Origin: an archaeon
Lineage (GTDB): Archaea; Iainarchaeota; Iainarchaeia; Iainarchaeales; CSSED10-239
Direction: 5' to 3'
DNA: 64,000 nt
NCBI GenBank assembly: GCA_035400625.1
Contig: DAOMZT010000001.1
Location: 306,644 to 370,643, forward strand
How positions within the stretch are numbered: the stretch's first letter is position 1; the number at the start of each line of letters is the position of its first letter. This document shows positions 17,487 to 27,377 of the stretch, in pieces. Below the pieces are notes generated by a model. That model worked only from the letters and a program-made list of their open reading frames with translations, had not been told where the DNA came from and ran no database searches. A program made the position numbers and the translations under genes.

Positions 17487-19652
17487 TTAAAAATCTGAAA
17501 TTTTGCTATCTTCTTTTTTGTCGCGATAATTTTCTGGAATTTCAATCTTTAATTCTTTTAAAGCCTCAAGACCAACCCTTCCAATTATTTGTAAAAACTT
17601 TTCTGGGTTCTTTTTGATATCTCCAATTCCTGTTATTCCAGAATTAAAAAGCTTTCTTGCTCTTACTCTTCCAATATTTCTAAGTTCAACTAAAGGCAAA
17701 AGTTCTTTTTTAATTCCATATTTTAGCCTTAGTTCAAGATCTGAATATTCCTTATAGAGCTTTAGGCTTTTCTTTGTGGTTTTTATCAGTTCTTGTGTGC
17801 AATGGTTTATCCAGATTGCTTTATTTATAAATTCCTGTAGTTGCCCAGGAGTGGTGCCATATCTTTCGATAATGTCATTTTCTGTAACTTCGTTTAACCA
17901 ATCCTTCAGCATTTGTGCTAATGTTATTTTTTCTAAAAGATTAATATCTTCGTAATCAAAGTAAATCTTAGGTTTTAGCTCTTCAAGAACATCAAAAACT
18001 TCTTCTTCCTTTTCTCTCTTGACTCTCAAGTAAGGATAACATTCACTAGTATTGGCAATAACAAAAACTCTTTCAAGTTCTTCAATGTCTTTTTGCTTTT
18101 CTTTAATCTCTAAGTCTTTTAAGATATTGTTAGCTGAAAGAGGGTCAATATACAAAAGGCAAACTCTCTTTCCAATTTCTGTTAGCTTGATATCCTCCCT
18201 TTTTTTTTCAATAAACCCAAAGTCAGAAAATTCATCAACAATCTCCAGAACATTTTCTTTTATCTCTTGATCTCCACCAAACACAAAATGGTAGAATGTT
18301 TTTTCTATATAGGCATTTATTTCTGTTATAGATTTTAGGTTATTGATTAATATGATAGACAAAAGCTGTGTTCTAAGATTATTAATTTTTGATAATTGCG
18401 ATTCTATGTCTGTTGGTTGAGCAATCACATAAGAGTTATAAACTCTCTGGATATCTCCTTCTTTATTAACCATTACTATTGCTTCGCCTTTACTGTCATA
18501 TTTTGGCCTTCCTGCTCTTCCAGTCATCTGATGAAACTCATTAACTGGTATTAAAACCATTGAGCCGTTTGAGAAGCGATAAACTGTAGTGATAACAACT
18601 CTAAAAGCAGGAAGATTAATTCCTGCAGCTAACGTTGGGGTTGCAAAAATCACTTTTATTTTTCCGTTTCTAAATTCTTCTTCAATTATTTGTCTTTGCT
18701 TATAAACAAGTCCAGCATTATGGAATGCAGTTCCACACAAGATATCAGAATATAGAGAAAGGCATTGCTTTGTTGGTGTCTCTAAGGTATCTCCTGCAAC
18801 CTTGGCAACCTTTCTTAGTTCTAGGGTCTCTTTTTCATTAAGATATTTCTTAACCAGTTCTCTATATTTTGTAGCAAAAGATATTGTGTTACTTCGTGAG
18901 TTGCAAAACACAATAAGTTGTTTATTCATTTTAAGTGTGTCGTTGATGATGTTACCAAGATTTTCTTTACAAACTTCTGCAAGTTCTATTTTTCTTTGAT
19001 CAAAATAGATATTGTTTGCATAGCTAATCCCAATATCTAGTGGTATTGGCCTGTAACTGCTAGTGACAAGTTCTGCATCAAGCCATTTAGCAAGGCTTTG
19101 GGAATTGCCGATTGTTGCTGATAGTCCTAGAAAAACCACTTTAGGAAAATTAACCTTTATTTGTGTTATTAAAACTTCTAAGGTTGTTCCACGATTGTCT
19201 TGTCCAAGCTCATGTATCTCATCAATACAAACACACCCAATATCTTTTAGCCATTCAGGCTCGTGCCTTAAAACAGAGTCAAACTTCTCAAATGTCAAAA
19301 ACAAAACATCATAGCTCGAGAGATTTTTAGAAGAGCTGTCAAGGTCTCCAGTTGATATTCCAAAACTCAAGTCATGTTTTTTAGAATATTTCTTTTTAAA
19401 ATCTTGATAATGTTCAAAGGTTAATGCTTTAAGTGGAGATATGTAGATTACTTTCTGTTTTTTACTTACTGCAAAATACAAAAGATACATTTCAAAGATA
19501 GTGGTTTTTCCTGAAGCTGTTGGAGCACAAACAAGTAGGTTTTTTCCAATATGCTCGCTTGCTTTTTTTTGAACAGGATTTAGTGATAGGTATCCGTTTG
19601 TTTCTAAAATCTCAGAAATTAGTTCCTTTGTCATTAAATAAATATAATGCAA
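17487..19652 (-). CDS. hel308: Hel308/Hjm (Ski2-like) DNA helicase
   Basis: APTASGKT, DEIH, SATIGN and MTGRAGRP motifs, plus a winged-helix/ratchet domain and C-terminal HhH. Length is 721 aa. Confidence 0.88.
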   Translation of the reverse strand: MHYIYLMTKELISEILETNGYLSLNPVQKKASEHIGKNLLVCAPTASGKTTIFEMYLLYFAVSKKQKVIYISPLKALTFEHYQDFKKKYSKKHDLSFGISTGDLDSSSKNLSSYDVLFLTFEKFDSVLRHEPEWLKDIGCVCIDEIHELGQDNRGTTLEVLITQIKVNFPKVVFLGLSATIGNSQSLAKWLDAELVTSSYRPIPLDIGISYANNIYFDQRKIELAEVCKENLGNIINDTLKMNKQLIVFCNSRSNTISFATKYRELVKKYLNEKETLELRKVAKVAGDTLETPTKQCLSLYSDILCGTAFHNAGLVYKQRQIIEEEFRNGKIKVIFATPTLAAGINLPAFRVVITTVYRFSNGSMVLIPVNEFHQMTGRAGRPKYDSKGEAIVMVNKEGDIQRVYNSYVIAQPTDIESQLSKINNLRTQLLSIILINNLKSITEINAYIEKTFYHFVFGGDQEIKENVLEIVDEFSDFGFIEKKREDIKLTEIGKRVCLLYIDPLSANNILKDLEIKEKQKDIEELERVFVIANTSECYPYLRVKREKEEEVFDVLEELKPKIYFDYEDINLLEKITLAQMLKDWLNEVTENDIIERYGTTPGQLQEFINKAIWINHCTQELIKTTKKSLKLYKEYSDLELRLKYGIKKELLPLVELRNIGRVRARKLFNSGITGIGDIKKNPEKFLQIIGRVGLEALKELKIEIPENYRDKKEDSKISDF

Positions 19653-20063
19653 TGGTTTTTTATTTATAGAAGCTGAAACAAAATTTGAAATTTAAAGATG
19701 ATCAATGTCTCATTTTGATTATTCCTTTCCTTTATCTATCTTTCCATAATAATTCGTAATGTATTCCGAATACTTTTTTTGATTTTTTTAGAGTGAAATG
19801 GTTATTAGAGTAAATGGCTTACAACTGGGTCTCTATTTTTTCTCATTGTCAGTGAGAGAAATCCTGAATTTTTAACTTTGGCATTGAGAGAAATAATAAT
19901 TTCATTTCCTGCAAAGATAAGCTTTATAATATAATTGTTTCCTATATTATATACTATTTAAATAAAATCACGAATTTCTAAAAAAATGATTATGCGAATG
20001 GCATCTTTTAAAAAACAAAAAAGCAATAATAATTTATTAAGGCATTTATAAGAGGAGATAAAA

Positions 20064-20744
20064 ATGATAAACAACAACGACATAATTGAGTTAGATTTAA
20101 TAATCAAAGATAAAAACACTAATTCTGTTCTTGACACAACACACGAGGACATAGCAAAAGAAGCAAACATCTATGATCCAAAAATACAATATAAACCATT
20201 AGTTGTGGTTTTTGGCAAGGGCGAGCTACTTAAAGCTGTTGAAGAAAACATCAAGGATTTAGAGATTGGCAAAACAAAAGAATTTTCCGTAACTAAAGAA
20301 AAAGCATTTGGCGAAAGAGACCCTAAACTTATACAATTATTACCATTAGCAGATTTCAAAAAAGAAAATATAGACCCAAAGCCTGGAATGTTTATCAATC
20401 TTGGTAATCGCCAAGCAAAGGTCTTAAATGTTTCTGGAGGAAGAGTGCAAATTGATCTTAACCACGAGTTTGCTGGCAGAGATCTTGATTATAAGATTAC
20501 TTTAAAGAAAGTTTGTGTAAACGATTCAGAGAAATCAAAGGCATTATTTGATAAGTATTTTTTCTTTATGCCTAAAGACAAAACAAAAGTCCAAGTAAAA
20601 GATAAAATTTTAGAGTTAATAATTCCTGGCGCAATGCCTAAGGAAATTGAATACATAAAATACATTTTTATACAGTCTGTTTTTGACACCTGTAATTTTG
20701 AAAATGTGCATTTTATAGAAAACTATGAGAAGAAAAAACAATAA
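20064..20744 (+). CDS. FKBP-type peptidyl-prolyl cis-trans isomerase (archaeal long form with insert-in-flap)
   Basis: VVVFGKGELLKAVEENI..LEIGKTKEF ... DLNHEFAGRDLDYKITLKKV matches the FKBP/SlyD core. Confidence 0.8.
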   Translation: MINNNDIIELDLIIKDKNTNSVLDTTHEDIAKEANIYDPKIQYKPLVVVFGKGELLKAVEENIKDLEIGKTKEFSVTKEKAFGERDPKLIQLLPLADFKKENIDPKPGMFINLGNRQAKVLNVSGGRVQIDLNHEFAGRDLDYKITLKKVCVNDSEKSKALFDKYFFFMPKDKTKVQVKDKILELIIPGAMPKEIEYIKYIFIQSVFDTCNFENVHFIENYEKKKQ

Positions 20745-21366
20745 AGGGGGCAGAGAGATTTTGGAAACATATAAGACCGGTACAACAACAGTAGCTATTG
20801 TTGCAAAGGATTCAATAGTTCTTGCTGCTGACATGCAAGCAACTATGGGTAATCTGCAATCAAATACTGAGATGACAAAAATCTACAACATTAATGATCA
20901 ACTTGCAGTAACGATTGCAGGTTCTGTTGGTGATGCATTAGTCTTAGTAAGGTTTCTAAAAGTTCAAGCAAATCTTTTTGAGTTAGAACGCAAGACGCCT
21001 ATGACAACAAAGGCTTGTGCAACTCTTCTTTCAAACATCCTAAATGCTAATAAGATGGTTCCATATGTTACTCAGTTTATTCTTGCTGGTTCTGTTGGTG
21101 GCTTGGCGCTTTACAACATAGATATAGCAGGAGGAATAGTTGAAGAAAAGGATTTCTCATATTCTGGCTCTGGCTCAGAACTGGCATTAAGTGCTCTTGA
21201 TAGAAACTTTAAAAAAGGATTAACAACCGATGAAGCAATAAAGCTTGCAAAAGAAGCAATCTCTTCAGCAAAGAAAAGGGATATTTACACAGGCGGGCAA
21301 GGAATAAAGATTGTTGTTGTAAAAAAAGACCATATAGAAGAATTACCAATTGTCAAATACAATTAA
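20725..21366 (+). CDS. psmB: proteasome subunit beta (with propeptide)
   Basis: G|TTTVAIVAKDSIVLAADMQAT marks the active-site Thr after the propeptide. The gene overlaps the FKBP gene by 20 nt. Confidence 0.9.
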   Translation: MRRKNNKGGREILETYKTGTTTVAIVAKDSIVLAADMQATMGNLQSNTEMTKIYNINDQLAVTIAGSVGDALVLVRFLKVQANLFELERKTPMTTKACATLLSNILNANKMVPYVTQFILAGSVGGLALYNIDIAGGIVEEKDFSYSGSGSELALSALDRNFKKGLTTDEAIKLAKEAISSAKKRDIYTGGQGIKIVVVKKDHIEELPIVKYN

Positions 21367-21413
21367 TTTCTTTTTTTTAATTTAAAAACTAGTTTTAAAA
21401 ACAGGAAAATATT

Positions 21414-23300
21414 ATGGAAGACGAATTCAAAACTATCAAAGACTATATAGAAAAATTTCTAGCCAAGAAAAAAATAAATGTATCTAAGATAGAAGCCGAA
21501 GGCCCAGAAATAGGTATCTACACAGATACTCCACTTATTTTTTTTGAAGAGAAATCAATAATTGGAGAGCTTGCTGAAAGCTTAAAAAAAAGAATAAATA
21601 TCAGGTCTGAGAAAAGCATATTGCTGGATCCCGCAGAAGCACTAAAAATAATTAAAGAGATTGTTCCTGACGATGCTGATGTTAAAAGCACATTTTTTGA
21701 TTCATATTTTAGCGAAGTAGTAATTGAGGCAATAAAACCAGGTGTTGTTATTGGTAAGCAAGGTGCAATATCAAGAGAAATCATTAAAAAAACAGGCTGG
21801 ATACCAAGAATAATAAGAGCACCAACAGAGCCTTCTGAAATTCTAAAAAGAGTAAGATTAACTTTGTTAAAAAGTAGCTCAGAAAGAAAGGCCTTCTTAA
21901 AGTCTGTGGCAAACACCATCTATAGCCCACCTGTAAGCAATAATGATTGGATAAGAGTAACTGCTCTTGGTGGTTTTAGAGAGGTTGGAAGAAGCTGTAT
22001 TCTTTTAGAAACTCCAGACACAAAGATCCTTTTAGATTGCGGGGTTAATGCTTCTGATAAAAATGAAGAAGCACCATACCTTGACGTTTTAAGATTTCCT
22101 TTAGATGAGCTTGATGCTGTAATTATAGGTCATGCTCATATTGATCATTGTGGTTTTCTACCATATCTTTTTAAAGCAGGCTATAGTGGCCCAGTCTATT
22201 GTACAGAGCCAACAAGGGACTTGATGGCATTACTTCAATTTGATTTGATTGATGTTGCTGTTAAAAGTGGAAGAGAACCTCCTTACTTGGAAGAGCATGT
22301 TAAAGAAGTAATCAAGCACACAATAACTAGAGACTATAGAGAAGTAACAGATATTGCTCCTGGAATTAGATTAACTTTCCATGATGCAGCACACATATTA
22401 GGTTCTGCTTCTGTTCATTTACATATTGGTGAAGGCAAACAAAATCTAGTTTATACAGGTGATTTCAAGTTTGGCTTTACAAGGTTATTCAACAATATGG
22501 ACATTAACTACCCAAGACTAGAATCTATGATTATGGAAAGCACATATGGTGGCAAGGACGTTACACCATCGAGAATGCATTCTGAGGCAAACCTTATCGA
22601 TGTGATTAATGAGACTACAGAAAAAGGAGGAATAACTTTGATTCCTGTCTTCTCTGTTGGTAGAGCACAAGAGGCAATGATTATTCTTGAAGAATACTAC
22701 AGACAAGGTAAACTAAAGGCCTCAAAGATTCTAGTAGATGGAATGACAAGACAAGCTTCTGCAATTCACACAGTTTACCCAGAATATTTAAAGAAAAATA
22801 TTAAGACAAGAGTTCTACAAAACAATTCTCCATTCCTTTCAGATATTTTTGTAACTGTTGATGACGCAAAGGAAGGCGAAGAGTTGATAACTCCTGGCAC
22901 AGTTATTTTGGCATCTTCTGGAATGCTAACAGGCGGGCCATCTCTGAAATATTTCCAGAGGTTTGCAAGTGACCCTAACAACACCTTGGTGTTTGTAGGT
23001 TATCAAGCAAGAAACACCCTTGGTTACAAGATACAAAAAGGCCTAAAATCTATGCCTGTTGTTGAAGATGGAAAAAATAAAAATCTAGAAATCAATATGA
23101 GAATAGAAACTGTTGATTCTTTTAGTGGTCACTCTTATAGAGCAGAGCTATTAAATTTCTTAAATATGTTAAAGCCTATGCCAAAAACCATTTTGGTTAA
23201 TCATGGAGATTCTTGTCAAGAGTTTGCAAATTATATTGGCAGAAAACACAATGTTGATGCAAAGGCAATTCAAGATTTAGAAAGCATAAGATTAAGATAG
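21414..23300 (+). CDS. aCPSF1 beta-CASP ribonuclease (KH domains + metallo-beta-lactamase)
   Basis: N-terminal KH-like GKQGAISREI, the MBL motif HAHIDHCG, and a beta-CASP region. Length is 628 aa. Confidence 0.9.
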   Translation: MEDEFKTIKDYIEKFLAKKKINVSKIEAEGPEIGIYTDTPLIFFEEKSIIGELAESLKKRINIRSEKSILLDPAEALKIIKEIVPDDADVKSTFFDSYFSEVVIEAIKPGVVIGKQGAISREIIKKTGWIPRIIRAPTEPSEILKRVRLTLLKSSSERKAFLKSVANTIYSPPVSNNDWIRVTALGGFREVGRSCILLETPDTKILLDCGVNASDKNEEAPYLDVLRFPLDELDAVIIGHAHIDHCGFLPYLFKAGYSGPVYCTEPTRDLMALLQFDLIDVAVKSGREPPYLEEHVKEVIKHTITRDYREVTDIAPGIRLTFHDAAHILGSASVHLHIGEGKQNLVYTGDFKFGFTRLFNNMDINYPRLESMIMESTYGGKDVTPSRMHSEANLIDVINETTEKGGITLIPVFSVGRAQEAMIILEEYYRQGKLKASKILVDGMTRQASAIHTVYPEYLKKNIKTRVLQNNSPFLSDIFVTVDDAKEGEELITPGTVILASSGMLTGGPSLKYFQRFASDPNNTLVFVGYQARNTLGYKIQKGLKSMPVVEDGKNKNLEINMRIETVDSFSGHSYRAELLNFLNMLKPMPKTILVNHGDSCQEFANYIGRKHNVDAKAIQDLESIRLR

Positions 23301-23306
23301 ATTATT

Positions 23307-23795
23307 ATGAAAATTTTAATTTCTGGAATTCCTGGTGTTGGCAAGTCAGAGATTTCCAAAGAACTTGGCAAACAAAAAAAATACAAAGTAATAAATGATA
23401 AAGATTATTGTAAAAAAAACAATCTTGGTAATTTTGAAGTAATAGAAGGCAACAAGGAATATGTAGTAAGTATTGGTGACCTAAATAAATCAATTTCAAA
23501 TTATCTAAAATCAAAAGACAATCTTATCTTTGAAGGTCACTTATGGTGTGAGCTTTCTAAAAGCAATCTAAAATGTTTTGATAAAATAATATTACTAACA
23601 GCAAATAAAAAGCTGATCTATGAAAGACTAAAGAAAAGGGGCTATGGTCCTGTTAAGATAGAAGAAAACATCTTTTGTCAAGAACATGGCTATATCTCTG
23701 AAATCTTTGATTCTAAAAACATCAAATATACAAAAGTAAAAATAAACGATAATTTAAAAGACAATATAAAAAAAATAAGTGAAAAAATATGGTAA
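23307..23795 (+). CDS. adenylate kinase-like NTPase (AK6/Fap7 type)
   Basis: P-loop MKILISGIPGVGKSE. Small size (162 aa). Confidence 0.6.
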   Translation: MKILISGIPGVGKSEISKELGKQKKYKVINDKDYCKKNNLGNFEVIEGNKEYVVSIGDLNKSISNYLKSKDNLIFEGHLWCELSKSNLKCFDKIILLTANKKLIYERLKKRGYGPVKIEENIFCQEHGYISEIFDSKNIKYTKVKINDNLKDNIKKISEKIW

Positions 23796-24571
23796 GAGCG
23801 TTATCTGAAGCCAGAACACAAAGTGTTAGAGAGATTCAAAAAAAAGCAAATATAAAAAAAGCAAACAAGAAATTATCTGTTTTTGTAGTGGCTTTTTTCA
23901 TTGCCCTTATTGTTGGGTTTATAGCTTTTAAAGCCTACGCATATTACCAAAACACAAAATTTGATTTCAAAGAAACAGAGAATGGCATTAATTTTTATTC
24001 TAAAGATATGCCAATTAAAGAGGCCTTGCAAGTTATTTTAGATTCTAATCAAGTTGCAATATCCACAAATTTAATTGATACCTATCAAGGTGAGACAAAC
24101 CCTGTTCTAGAGTCATCAATTCTAGCAACCACAGTCTTTGTTTTTAAAGATAAAAATACAATCAACATTAACAACCGTATTGATAACGATTCTTCAATAA
24201 TAAAATGCTCAACAAATTACGGGGATAACCTTACAAGTGTTGATCTAAATGCTTCAGAGTGTGAGGCTCTATTTTCACAAATAGAATCAAAGCTAGTAAT
24301 CAACACTCCAAACTCTAATCTTAAGGAATCAAGAGTTGACATTTATCCTTTAGAAAAGAAAATAATAATCAATTCTAGATCTGAAAACGATTTATTAGTT
24401 TCAACCTATCTTTTATTAAGTGCAAATTATCCGGATCTAGAAAATGTGCTATCAAAGGTTGAAAACCTAAAAAGCAAATTAGCTGATTTCTTGATTAGCA
24501 ATTCTGAAAAAGACCCAAACTCACCTGACTCTAATTACTCTGATAGCAATTTAGAAGATTCAAATAACTAG
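23789..24571 (+). CDS. hypothetical membrane-anchored protein (N-terminal TM, extracytoplasmic domain, acidic S/D/N tail)
   Basis: A basic N-terminus is followed by VFVVAFFIALIVGFIAF. The C-terminal tail is DPNSPDSNYSDSNLEDSNN. The gene overlaps neighbours at both ends. Confidence 0.5.
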   Translation: MVRALSEARTQSVREIQKKANIKKANKKLSVFVVAFFIALIVGFIAFKAYAYYQNTKFDFKETENGINFYSKDMPIKEALQVILDSNQVAISTNLIDTYQGETNPVLESSILATTVFVFKDKNTININNRIDNDSSIIKCSTNYGDNLTSVDLNASECEALFSQIESKLVINTPNSNLKESRVDIYPLEKKIIINSRSENDLLVSTYLLLSANYPDLENVLSKVENLKSKLADFLISNSEKDPNSPDSNYSDSNLEDSNN

Positions 24572-25548
24572 TTTATTTGGTCTATTTTTATTTCTTTTTT
24601 TATATTAAATATTTGTTCAATTTCTGTAGCAGAAAGGATCGGCTTTTTAAAGCTATTAAAGTCATCATATGCTATTCTAGGACAAGCAGTATTAACGTAA
24701 CAATCAACATCTATGCCAAGAAGATAATTCTCTGAAATATAGTCGCTTACTAGTATGTTTGCGATTTTTCCTTGTTTTTCTAGTTGTGCTTTTATTTTCT
24801 TTGCAAGCTTTAGTCTGTTTTGTCCAGGTTTGCTACTTACAAGTATTCCAAAAGACCTGCATTCAAGAGCCCTAGCAATTGCAGCATATCTTTGTCTTAA
24901 AAACAACTCATCATATATTATTTTTTCAGATTGCCCAATAAGTGGGTTGATTAGGTATACATCTTGTTTTCTGTGATTGTAAGAGACGTTGTTTATATGA
25001 AACCTTCCATCTCCAACAAAAACAATAGGATTTACAAAATCACAAAGATTAGAACAATCGCAACCAAGTATCTGATGCTCTTGCAGTCTTTTTGTTTTCT
25101 TAGATTCCAGTACATCTATGTTTTCTTTTTTTAGTTTTTCTTTGATTAAAGGGATATTTGAAAGATATTGCACAGTTGTAACAAGCGAGATTTTCTTAAG
25201 TTCTTGTTTTTTTATTTCTGAAACAATAAAATCTATTTGTTCCTTAGAATATTCAAAGTCTAATGGCACATAAATAATCTTTAATGCCCTTGTTGTTTTT
25301 AGGCCTGGCAATTGTCTGTGCCCAAAATGAATAAGTGTTTTATATCCTAATTCTTTTGCTTCTTTAAACTTGATATCGCAAGCACCATAGCAAGGATCAA
25401 CAAAAAGAGCAGGGGAGTAGTCTTTTAGTTCTTCAAGTATAAGAGTAGAGAATTGTTTTAGTCCTTCAGGTATCTGTATAGCCAATGGCGAGACAATTTC
25501 TGTTTTTATTTTTCTTATTTCTCTAATAATTATTTCTTTAAGTGACAT
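24568..25548 (-). CDS. dph2: 2-(3-amino-3-carboxypropyl)histidine synthase (diphthamide biosynthesis Dph2)
   Basis: FVDPCYGACD, LGCDCS and NTACPRIA cysteine motifs of archaeal Dph2. Length is 326 aa. Confidence 0.85.
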   Translation of the reverse strand: MSLKEIIIREIRKIKTEIVSPLAIQIPEGLKQFSTLILEELKDYSPALFVDPCYGACDIKFKEAKELGYKTLIHFGHRQLPGLKTTRALKIIYVPLDFEYSKEQIDFIVSEIKKQELKKISLVTTVQYLSNIPLIKEKLKKENIDVLESKKTKRLQEHQILGCDCSNLCDFVNPIVFVGDGRFHINNVSYNHRKQDVYLINPLIGQSEKIIYDELFLRQRYAAIARALECRSFGILVSSKPGQNRLKLAKKIKAQLEKQGKIANILVSDYISENYLLGIDVDCYVNTACPRIAYDDFNSFKKPILSATEIEQIFNIKKEIKIDQIN

Positions 25549-25655
25549 AAATATACTATACTACATAATACTTAAAAACACAAGGCCTAGATTAGATTTA
25601 TAATATCTTTGTTGTTAATTTATATGTTAATAAAAAAGGAAAAAAACTGATTTTT

Positions 25656-27020
25656 ATGTATGTAGGGATAGACAAGTCAAAGATAAGCACTTATAAAGAC
25701 ACAAAGAAAAAAATATTAAGCCTAATAAAGCCAACAGACACACAAATACTTAAAGAAAAGACATTTACAGACAAATTAATAAAGAGAGCAAAAGGCCTGC
25801 CAGGCAAACACCTAGATGTTATTCTTGCAGGTTCTGCAGCAAGAAATACTAATCTAAAAGAAACAAAGGATTTTGATATTTTTGTCTTATATCCAAAAGA
25901 TATATCTAAAGAAGAATTCACAAAAGAGGCATTAGAGATTGGCCAAAATTTCTTTAAAGGCTATTTCTCAGAGAAGGTCTATTCTGAGCACCCATATGTT
26001 AGAGGAGTTATTGATGGCTACAAGATAGATTTAGTTCCTGCATATAAGATTGACTCAACAGATGAGATGATTTCTTCAGTTGATAGGACTCCTTTCCATC
26101 AAGCGTATATTCTTAAAAACATGAAAGAGACAAAGAAAGATGAAGTTAGACTTTTAAAGTATTTTTTAAGATATATTGGTTGTTATGGCGCAGATCCTCA
26201 ATATCAAGGTTTTTCCGGCTATCTTTGTGAGCTTTTGATTCTTTATTATGGCGATTTCATAAAAACCTTAGAGCGTGTGGCTAATTGGCAAACACCAGTA
26301 AGGTTAGTTCTTGCTTCTGAGGACATAGATTGTCTAGGGTCATTTGATGATGCGTTTGTTATGATTGACCCTGTTGATAAAAAAAGGAATGTGGCAAGTG
26401 CTGTAAGCATGACTACGTTATCAAGGTTTATTGCTGCATCTAGAGCATTTTTAACAAATCCAACAACTGAGTTTTTCTCTAACAAGAATAAGGCTCAAAC
26501 CTATCATCAGTTGGTTACTTGGGTTAATAATGCTCCATTAACAACAATTGAGTTTGATGTTGATGGGCTGGTCAAGGATATTGTTTGGTCAAAGCTAAGA
26601 AAATATTTAACAAAGCTTTCTGCTCATCTTGAAAATCAAAAATTTTCTATTTTAAAATCAAATATCTACTTTGAAGAAAAATCAAAATATGCCTATATTA
26701 TTCTTATGACAGATATGCTCACTCTTCCTAAATTTGAAAAAGCGATAGGGCCTTATGTTAGCGACATAACTAACTCAGAGAAATTTATAGAAAACTCAAA
26801 AGCAATCTATGGTCCTTTTATAAAAGATGAAAGATGGTATTGCATAAAGTCAAGAAGATTTATTGAGATAAAAGATGTTATTGATGATTTTGCTCATCTT
26901 CATTTTGATATAAAATACGAAGTCTTTGTAGAACAGAATATTATAAAGTTATACACAAAGAACACAGAAATTATGCCATACTTTACAGACTTCTTTTATC
27001 CAAGAGAGAACTTTTTGTAA
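25656..27020 (+). CDS. cca: CCA-adding tRNA nucleotidyltransferase (archaeal class I)
   Basis: LAGSAARNTNLKETKDFDIFV nucleotidyltransferase motif, DLVP, and RTPFH. Length is 454 aa. Confidence 0.9.
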   Translation: MYVGIDKSKISTYKDTKKKILSLIKPTDTQILKEKTFTDKLIKRAKGLPGKHLDVILAGSAARNTNLKETKDFDIFVLYPKDISKEEFTKEALEIGQNFFKGYFSEKVYSEHPYVRGVIDGYKIDLVPAYKIDSTDEMISSVDRTPFHQAYILKNMKETKKDEVRLLKYFLRYIGCYGADPQYQGFSGYLCELLILYYGDFIKTLERVANWQTPVRLVLASEDIDCLGSFDDAFVMIDPVDKKRNVASAVSMTTLSRFIAASRAFLTNPTTEFFSNKNKAQTYHQLVTWVNNAPLTTIEFDVDGLVKDIVWSKLRKYLTKLSAHLENQKFSILKSNIYFEEKSKYAYIILMTDMLTLPKFEKAIGPYVSDITNSEKFIENSKAIYGPFIKDERWYCIKSRRFIEIKDVIDDFAHLHFDIKYEVFVEQNIIKLYTKNTEIMPYFTDFFYPRENFL

Positions 27021-27025
27021 TTTAG

Positions 27026-27099
27026 CGGGTTTGGGAGGATTTGAACCCCCGTCTGCAGGTCCGAAGCCAGCTGCACTATCCAGACTATGCTACAAACCC
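27026..27099 (-). tRNA. tRNA-Arg (anticodon TCG), no encoded CCA
   Basis: Hand-folded cloverleaf from GGGTTTGTAGCATAGTCTGGATAGTGCAGCTGGCTTCGGACCTGCAGACGGGGGTTCAAATCCTCCCAAACCCG. It has a 7-bp acceptor stem, a GG in the D loop, the anticodon loop CTTCGGA, and a T loop TTCAAAT. The anticodon stem has one U-U mismatch. Confidence 0.85.
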
Positions 27100-27124
27100 A
27101 TTTATAAAAATATTCTTTCTATAA

Positions 27125-27132
27125 TATTTATA
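27125..27132 (-). promoter_or_regulatory. candidate TATA box for tRNA-Arg
   Basis: tataaata on the minus strand lies at about -26 to -33 relative to the tRNA 5' end. Confidence 0.4.
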
Positions 27133-27210
27133 GTATAAGTAATACTTTAAATTATTCGTTTTTTAAAATAATAATTTTAAACAAATTATAGAAAAAGGAG
27201 TGTTTAACAA

Positions 27211-27366
27211 ATGGATAAATGTACATGCTGTAACAAAGAAGTTACATTAAACTTTACGCATTTTAAATGCCCATCTTGTAATAAAAGCAAAATCATAAGA
27301 TGTACAAGATGTAAAACTACATCAAAGACCTATAGATGTAAAGAATGTGGGTTTATTGGGCCATAA
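27211..27366 (+). CDS. small Zn-ribbon protein (51 aa, four Cys pairs), not in the supplied ORF track
   Basis: Hand translation gives MDKCTCCNKEVTLNFTHFKCPSCNKSKIIRCTRCKTTSKTYRCKECGFIGP*. GGAG lies 8-9 nt upstream. The position immediately 5' of aEF-1beta matches the known archaeal Zn-ribbon/EF-1beta pairing (COG2888-like). Confidence 0.6.
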   Translation: MDKCTCCNKEVTLNFTHFKCPSCNKSKIIRCTRCKTTSKTYRCKECGFIGP

Positions 27367-27377
27367 AGGTGAAATAT

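Noticed and set aside
19695-19740. Possible C/D-box sRNA (agatgatca ... ttga).
   Set aside because: The C box has a mismatch. No proper D box (CTGA) occurs at the right spacing, and there is no terminal stem.
19958-20170. 70-aa minus-strand ORF in the hel308/FKBP spacer.
   Set aside because: Its sequence is low complexity, it overlaps the FKBP start and SD, and it has no start context.
20725-20744. The 20-nt FKBP/psmB overlap as a possible frameshift or fusion.
   Set aside because: Both ORFs are full length with intact termini (FKBP core complete; psmB propeptide plus TTTV). The overlap is consistent with the compact genome style.
27345-27377. Upstream extension of aEF-1beta (MWVYWAIKVKY...).
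   Set aside because: It overlaps the Zn-ribbon ORF. The canonical MGD.. start at 27378 has an AGGTGA SD.
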